A stretch of 64,000 nt of DNA from Succiniclasticum sp. GTDB taxonomy: Bacteria; Bacillota; Negativicutes; Acidaminococcales; Acidaminococcaceae. The stretch lies in contig CP181265.1 in the NCBI GenBank assembly GCA_047835465.1, forward strand, positions 297,257 to 361,256, written 5' to 3'. Positions 59,321 through 64,000 of the stretch are shown here, piece after piece (position 1 is the stretch's first letter; every line of letters starts with the position of its first letter). Under the pieces are notes generated by a model. That model made no database searches, had not been told where the DNA came from, and saw only the letters and a list, made by a program, of their open reading frames with translations. A program made the position numbers and the translations under genes.

Positions 59321-60346
59321 TTACGAAAGACAGAAAAACAGCGGCACGGTGTGCCGCTGTTTTTTTGTGTGTTCAGGATTTTCAGTTGTCCTGTGCTCCC
59401 TGCCGGGTTGTCCGCTGCCGCGGGACGGCAAGTGTTCTGCCGCCTCCAGTTCTTCCCAGTTCATGCGCAGTTCCGGCGGCCGCCGGACCGTGTGGTTTGT
59501 CTTTTGCGTAAACCCGCGGCCGAAGACGTCGTTCGCGTCCTGGATGATCATAAAAGCATACGGATCGTATTCCTTGACGAGGAGTTTCACCTTGGCGACC
59601 TGCGTCAGCTTGACGACGCAGAAGAGCAGCTTGCGGTGCTGGTGCGTAAAGGCGCCTTCGCCCTGGATGTACGTGACGCCGCGGCCGACAATCTTGATGA
59701 TCGCCTCGGCAATTTCTTCGTTTTTGTCGCTGATGATGATGACGTTCTTTTTGTAGTCGAAGCCGTCCGTAAAGGCGTTGCTGACCTTGGCGACGGCAAA
59801 GTAGGCCACCAGGGTGTAGAGGGCCGGCTCGATGCCGAAAAAGGCCGCGCCTGTGCAGAGCAGGACGACGTTGATGGCAAAGCCCGTCGTACCGATGCTG
59901 ACGGAGTAGAATTTCTGCACGATGGCGCCGATGATGTCGGAACCGCCCGTACTGCCGCCGACGTGATAGAGCGTGCCCAGGCCGATGCCGTGGAGAACGC
60001 CGCCGGCTATGCAGCTCAGCATGGCGTCATGGACGAGATTCATCTGGCTGAGCGGGGAGAATACGTGGAGCCAGAAGGACAAGGCCACCGTGCCGAAGAT
60101 GCCGCTGAGAAAATAGTTGCGGCTCATGAGACGGTAGGCCAGGAAAAACAAGGGGATGTTGAAGACAATGTTGGTGATGCTGACCTGCCAGCCGAACAGG
60201 TAATACAGGATCATGCCCAGCCCCGTGATACCGCCGCTCAGCAGTTCGTGCGGCAGGAAGAAGGCATTCAGGGCAATGCCGGAAATGCACGTGCCCAGGG
60301 TAATGGTCAGGTAACGTTTCAACTGGTGTTTCGCTTGGATTTGCAA
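59321..60346 (-). CDS. YitT family membrane protein (DUF161/DUF2179)
   Basis: GGITG, NIPLF, GGSTGGSDI, GRGVTYI.GEGA.T, DP.AF; probable TTG start after GGAGG. Confidence 0.88.
   Translation of the reverse strand: MQIQAKHQLKRYLTITLGTCISGIALNAFFLPHELLSGGITGLGMILYYLFGWQVSITNIVFNIPLFFLAYRLMSRNYFLSGIFGTVALSFWLHVFSPLSQMNLVHDAMLSCIAGGVLHGIGLGTLYHVGGSTGGSDIIGAIVQKFYSVSIGTTGFAINVVLLCTGAAFFGIEPALYTLVAYFAVAKVSNAFTDGFDYKKNVIIISDKNEEIAEAIIKIVGRGVTYIQGEGAFTHQHRKLLFCVVKLTQVAKVKLLVKEYDPYAFMIIQDANDVFGRGFTQKTNHTVRRPPELRMNWEELEAAEHLPSRGSGQPGREHRTTENPEHTKKQRHTVPLFFCLS
59332..59368. terminator. Bidirectional terminator between ftsH and yitT
   Basis: AAAAACAGCGGCAC-ggt-GTGCCGCTGTTTTTTT. Confidence 0.85.
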
Positions 60347-60577
60347 AGGAACCTCCACCGGTCCGCCGGAACAGACCGCATCTGAATTTGTCGGAACATT
60401 TCATTTACTTAGCATAACACGGGCAGGGAAAAAAGCAAGGCACAGTTCGTGATTTCCGCGGTTTTCTGTGTCAAGGACCTCTTTTTATGGTAAAATAGAA
60501 TTGTATTGGTGTGTGCAGTATACAAAAATACAAAATAAAGAAAACGTACACCAACGGATACGGGAGGGACGGAAACG

Positions 60578-61438
60578 ATGAAAATCGTTGAAAAAGGACC
60601 GGCCAAAATCAATCTCGGCCTCGATGTTCTCGGCATGCGGCCGGACCGGTATCACGACGTGGCCATGGTGATGCAGAGCCTGGCCCTGGCGGATACGGTC
60701 ACGCTGACGGACGCGCCGGAACTGACCGTGACGACGGACCGGGACGATTTGGAAGGCGGACCGTCCAATCTGGCCTACAAGGCGGCGGAGCTGATGGGCC
60801 GGTTTGCCCGGAGGACGCCGCGGGTCCATATCCATATTGAAAAGAAAGTGTTCCTGGCGGCGGGACTGGCCGGCGGCAGCACAGACGCGGCAGCCGTACT
60901 GCGGGGACTGAACCGCTATTGGGACATGGGCCTGCCGGCGGACCGCCTGGAACGGCTGGGCGCCCAGATCGGCTCCGACGTTCCCTTCTGCGTGCGCGGC
61001 GGCACGAGCCTGGCGACCGGCCGGGGCGAGCTGCTGACTCCGTTGCCGGACCTGCCGGTCCAGTACATCGTACTGGCCAAACCGCCGGTCTCTGTGTCGA
61101 CTCCCTGGGCGTACCGGGAGTATGACAAGCAGAAGAACATTGTGCACCCGGACATTCCGGCCCTGGCGGCTGCGGTAAAGCAGGGACAGGTGGACGAAGT
61201 GCTGCGCCTGTTGGGAAACGTATTGGAACCGGTGACGGCAGCGGCCCATCCGGAAATTACAGAAATTGAACAGATCATGCGGAAGCACGGCGCCCTGGCC
61301 GCTTTGATGAGCGGCAGCGGCCCGACGGTCTTCGGCATCACGCGCACGCAGGAAGAGGCGGCGGAAATCGCGGCCCGGCTGGTGGCGCGGAACCTGGAAA
61401 TTGCAGTGACGAAAACGACGGGGAGGATGAAACTATGA
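60578..61438 (+). CDS. ispE: 4-(cytidine 5'-diphospho)-2-C-methyl-D-erythritol kinase
   Basis: PAKINLGL, AGLAGGS.DAA, GSDVPF, MSGSGPTVF. Confidence 0.96.
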   Translation: MKIVEKGPAKINLGLDVLGMRPDRYHDVAMVMQSLALADTVTLTDAPELTVTTDRDDLEGGPSNLAYKAAELMGRFARRTPRVHIHIEKKVFLAAGLAGGSTDAAAVLRGLNRYWDMGLPADRLERLGAQIGSDVPFCVRGGTSLATGRGELLTPLPDLPVQYIVLAKPPVSVSTPWAYREYDKQKNIVHPDIPALAAAVKQGQVDEVLRLLGNVLEPVTAAAHPEITEIEQIMRKHGALAALMSGSGPTVFGITRTQEEAAEIAARLVARNLEIAVTKTTGRMKL

Positions 61439-62127
61439 GCGGACATTTGGAACAGATCCGGCTGGACAGTTATAAACCCTTGCGGGAACTAGTGTGCGAA
61501 CACATCCGGCAGGCTATCATCAACGGCACCTTTGCGCCGGGGGAACGGTTGATGGAAATCCAGCTCGCCGACGAAATGGGAGTCAGCCGGACTCCGGTCC
61601 GTGAAGCCATCCGCAAGCTGGAACTGGAAGGCTTTGTGGTCATGATTCCGCGGCGCGGCACGTACGTAGCCAACATGTCCATCAAGGACATCAACGACGT
61701 CTATGAGATCCGCACGAGCCTGGAAACGCTGGCAGCGGGCCTGGCGGCGGAACGGATTTCGGATGAACAGCTGGAGGAAATGCAGTTCCTGCTGCTCCAG
61801 ATCCAGCATGGCATCGACGAAAACAATATGGACAAGATCGTCGAAAACGACGTGGCATTTCACGATGTCCTGTACCGTGCATCCGGCAATGAACGGCTCC
61901 GCAATATTATCAACAACCTGCGGGAGCAGCTGACGGGCATCCGCCGGACGTCCATGTTATACCCGGGACGCCTGAAAGACACACAGGAAGAGCACCGCGC
62001 ACTGGTGGACGCCATTGCGCGCCACGACGTCAGCCGGTCCCAGGAGGCAGCCCGCGTCCATCTGGAAAACGCGGAACGCACGTTGATGGCATCCATGGCC
62101 GATGCGAAAAAATCCGGAAAAGACTGA
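61435..62127 (+). CDS. GntR family (FCD) transcriptional regulator
   Basis: PGERL.E..LA..MGVSRTPVREA...LE.EG plus FCD domain (D..FH..L..ASGN). Confidence 0.93.
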   Translation: MSGHLEQIRLDSYKPLRELVCEHIRQAIINGTFAPGERLMEIQLADEMGVSRTPVREAIRKLELEGFVVMIPRRGTYVANMSIKDINDVYEIRTSLETLAAGLAAERISDEQLEEMQFLLLQIQHGIDENNMDKIVENDVAFHDVLYRASGNERLRNIINNLREQLTGIRRTSMLYPGRLKDTQEEHRALVDAIARHDVSRSQEAARVHLENAERTLMASMADAKKSGKD

Positions 62128-62138
62128 CAAGGTGCAGT

Positions 62139-63110
62139 ATGAAACAGATACAGTATGATTTGGTGATTCTGGCCGGTGGCACGGGATGTATTTCCCTGCC
62201 CGGCCGGCAGCCGGAACCGAGGGCGCTGGCGCCGCTGAAAGGCCGGCGCCTTTTGTATTACATGGCCCGGGCTGCGGCGGCGAGCCGGAGAATCCGGCGG
62301 GTCATCGTCGTGACCCATCCGGATAAAGTGGCTGCGTTCCGCGCTGCTTTTCCGACCATCCGCTATTATCGGCGGGACACGGCAGCCGACGGGACGCCGC
62401 AGGCCATCGCCAGCGCGACGCAGACGGAGACTGCGGGACGGGAATTTACGCCCGAACCGGCGGGGACAGGCCCCGTTCCTCCGTTGCCGGTCTGTCTGAC
62501 CGAATGCGCCGGCACGATGGGCGAAGTCGGGTGGGCCGGCCTGCGCCTGGCCCGGATCCTGCGGCAGGAAGAGGACGGGACGCCGTTGACGGAGCCGATC
62601 CAGGTTGCGGTCACCATGGAAGACGTGCCGTTCCTGACCGGTGAAGCCATCGCGGACTTTGTCGGACGGGCCGAAGCGCTGGGGGCAGACGGCGTGTATC
62701 CCCTCGTGACGAAGGAATCGTGCCGGCGGGAGTTTCCAACCATGCGGCGGACCTACTTCCATCTGGCCGAAGGGGATTTTACGGGCGGCAACCTGGTCTT
62801 TGTCCGGGACAGTGTCTTTCCGTCCTGTCTGGTCCGCATTGCCGAGGTCTACAAGCTGCGGAAGAACGTTCCCAAACTCGCAGGCTGGCTGGGATTTTCC
62901 ATGATTGTCAAGTTCCTCCTCCGGCGCCTGTCCGCGGCCGATGTGGAACAGAAAGTGTCCCGCACGTTCGGTTTGAAAGGGCGCTGTATCCAGACGGACT
63001 ATGCCTGCATCGGGACGGACCTGGACCGGGCGGAAGACTGGCCGGCGGCGGAAGCGTACATAAAGGATTTTGCGGAAAAAAATTGTCCTGACGGAGAATC
63101 TGTACTATAA
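62139..63110 (+). CDS. MobA-like NTP transferase domain protein
   Basis: VILAGG, D.PFLT..AI, EG.FTGGNL, GTDLD. Confidence 0.75.
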   Translation: MKQIQYDLVILAGGTGCISLPGRQPEPRALAPLKGRRLLYYMARAAAASRRIRRVIVVTHPDKVAAFRAAFPTIRYYRRDTAADGTPQAIASATQTETAGREFTPEPAGTGPVPPLPVCLTECAGTMGEVGWAGLRLARILRQEEDGTPLTEPIQVAVTMEDVPFLTGEAIADFVGRAEALGADGVYPLVTKESCRREFPTMRRTYFHLAEGDFTGGNLVFVRDSVFPSCLVRIAEVYKLRKNVPKLAGWLGFSMIVKFLLRRLSAADVEQKVSRTFGLKGRCIQTDYACIGTDLDRAEDWPAAEAYIKDFAEKNCPDGESVL

Positions 63111-63111
63111 T
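63083..63111 (+). promoter_or_regulatory. Sigma-A promoter of glmU overlapping the upstream stop codon
   Basis: TTGTCC-17 bp-TATAAT. Confidence 0.6.
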
Positions 63112-63178
63112 AGACGCGACTTACCGGTCTGTCCGGCCTGCGGGGTCGGCAACGGACGGTGTAAAGAGGGGGAGACCT

Positions 63179-64000
63179 ATGGAAAAGTTGACAGCTGTGA
63201 TTTTGGCGGCCGGCAAAGGCACGCGCATGAAATCGAAGTTACCGAAGGTATTGCATAAAGTCGGCGGAAAGGCCATGGTGGAACATGTCCTGGACGCGGC
63301 GGAAGCCGCCGGATGCCGGGATAACGTCGTCGTCATCGGCCACGGGGCCGATCTGGTTCGTTCCGTTATCGGCAGTCGTGCCCGCATTGCCCTGCAGGCG
63401 GAACAGCTAGGGACAGGCCACGCAGTGCTGCAGGCGGCAGATGCCCTGCAGGGGTTCCACGGCACGGTGCTCATCCTTTGCGGAGACACGCCGCTCCTGG
63501 AGGGGGAAGAACTGCACCGGTTTGTGGAAGCGCACGTCCAGTCCGGCGCGGCGGCTACGGTCATGACGACCTTTTTGGACGATCCCACGGGGTACGGACG
63601 CATCCTGCGCGATGCCAACGGAGACGTGGAAGCCATTGTGGAGCAGAAGGACGCCACGGAAGCACAGCGTGCCATCCGGGAAGTCAACACGGGCAACTAT
63701 TGCATGGAAGCACCGCTGCTGTTCGACGTACTCCGTACACTCGGCAACGACAACGCCCAGGGTGAATATTACCTGACGGATGTCCTGGCTAAATTGCGCG
63801 CCATGGGCAAGAAGGTTGGTGCCGTTACGACGGAAGACAGCGAAATGACCATGGGCGTCAATTCCCGGGTCCACCTGGCCCAGGCGGAGGCAGCCATGCG
63901 GCGCCGCACGCTGCAGCGTTACATGGAAGCCGGCGTAACCATCATGGATCCGGCCAGCACCTTTATTGAAAAGACCGTCCGCATCGCGCCGGACACGATC
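63179..64000 (+). CDS. glmU: Bifunctional UDP-GlcNAc pyrophosphorylase/acetyltransferase, 5' part; runs off the window
   Basis: ILAAGKGTRMKS..PKVLH, QLGTGHAV, GYGRI, NAQGEYYLTD, GVNSR. Confidence 0.96.
   Translation, partial: MEKLTAVILAAGKGTRMKSKLPKVLHKVGGKAMVEHVLDAAEAAGCRDNVVVIGHGADLVRSVIGSRARIALQAEQLGTGHAVLQAADALQGFHGTVLILCGDTPLLEGEELHRFVEAHVQSGAAATVMTTFLDDPTGYGRILRDANGDVEAIVEQKDATEAQRAIREVNTGNYCMEAPLLFDVLRTLGNDNAQGEYYLTDVLAKLRAMGKKVGAVTTEDSEMTMGVNSRVHLAQAEAAMRRRTLQRYMEAGVTIMDPASTFIEKTVRIAPDTI

Overview
A 64-kb chromosomal window from a GC-rich (about 60% in hand-sampled lines) diderm Bacillota. It is almost certainly Negativicutes, because Firmicutes-type housekeeping genes sit alongside LPS core and O-antigen genes. 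In order it contains: the 3' end of a class B PBP; fhs-folD; a two-component system split by hup; an SDR; an 11-gene Mrp/Mnh-type antiporter operon with no mrpA and three MrpD-like subunits; waaL, an EamA transporter and a LarA-family racemase; and an LPS cluster (YrbL-like kinase, GT9, two GT8, ugd, UDP-GlcA epimerase, pEtN transferase, GT2, wbaP). A lower-GC, complete type I-C CRISPR-Cas island follows (cas3-5-8c-7-4-1-2, 83 repeats and 82 spacers counted by hand, plus a degenerate terminal repeat). After it come gtrA, an SDF symporter, an orphan sigma factor, mutY, a tandem glycine riboswitch with agcS, a HEAT-like hypothetical, pyc, ftsH, yitT and ispE-gntR-NTP transferase-glmU (partial). 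I saw no IS, integrase, tRNA or rRNA. Nothing is demonstrably a new system. The best leads are a mid-array repeat with a broken stem, a CTGTGAAAAA palindrome family bracketing the kinase gene and the island edge, the catalytic-arm-less three-MrpD complex, an orphan LarA homologue and a candidate GTATACA GntR regulon.
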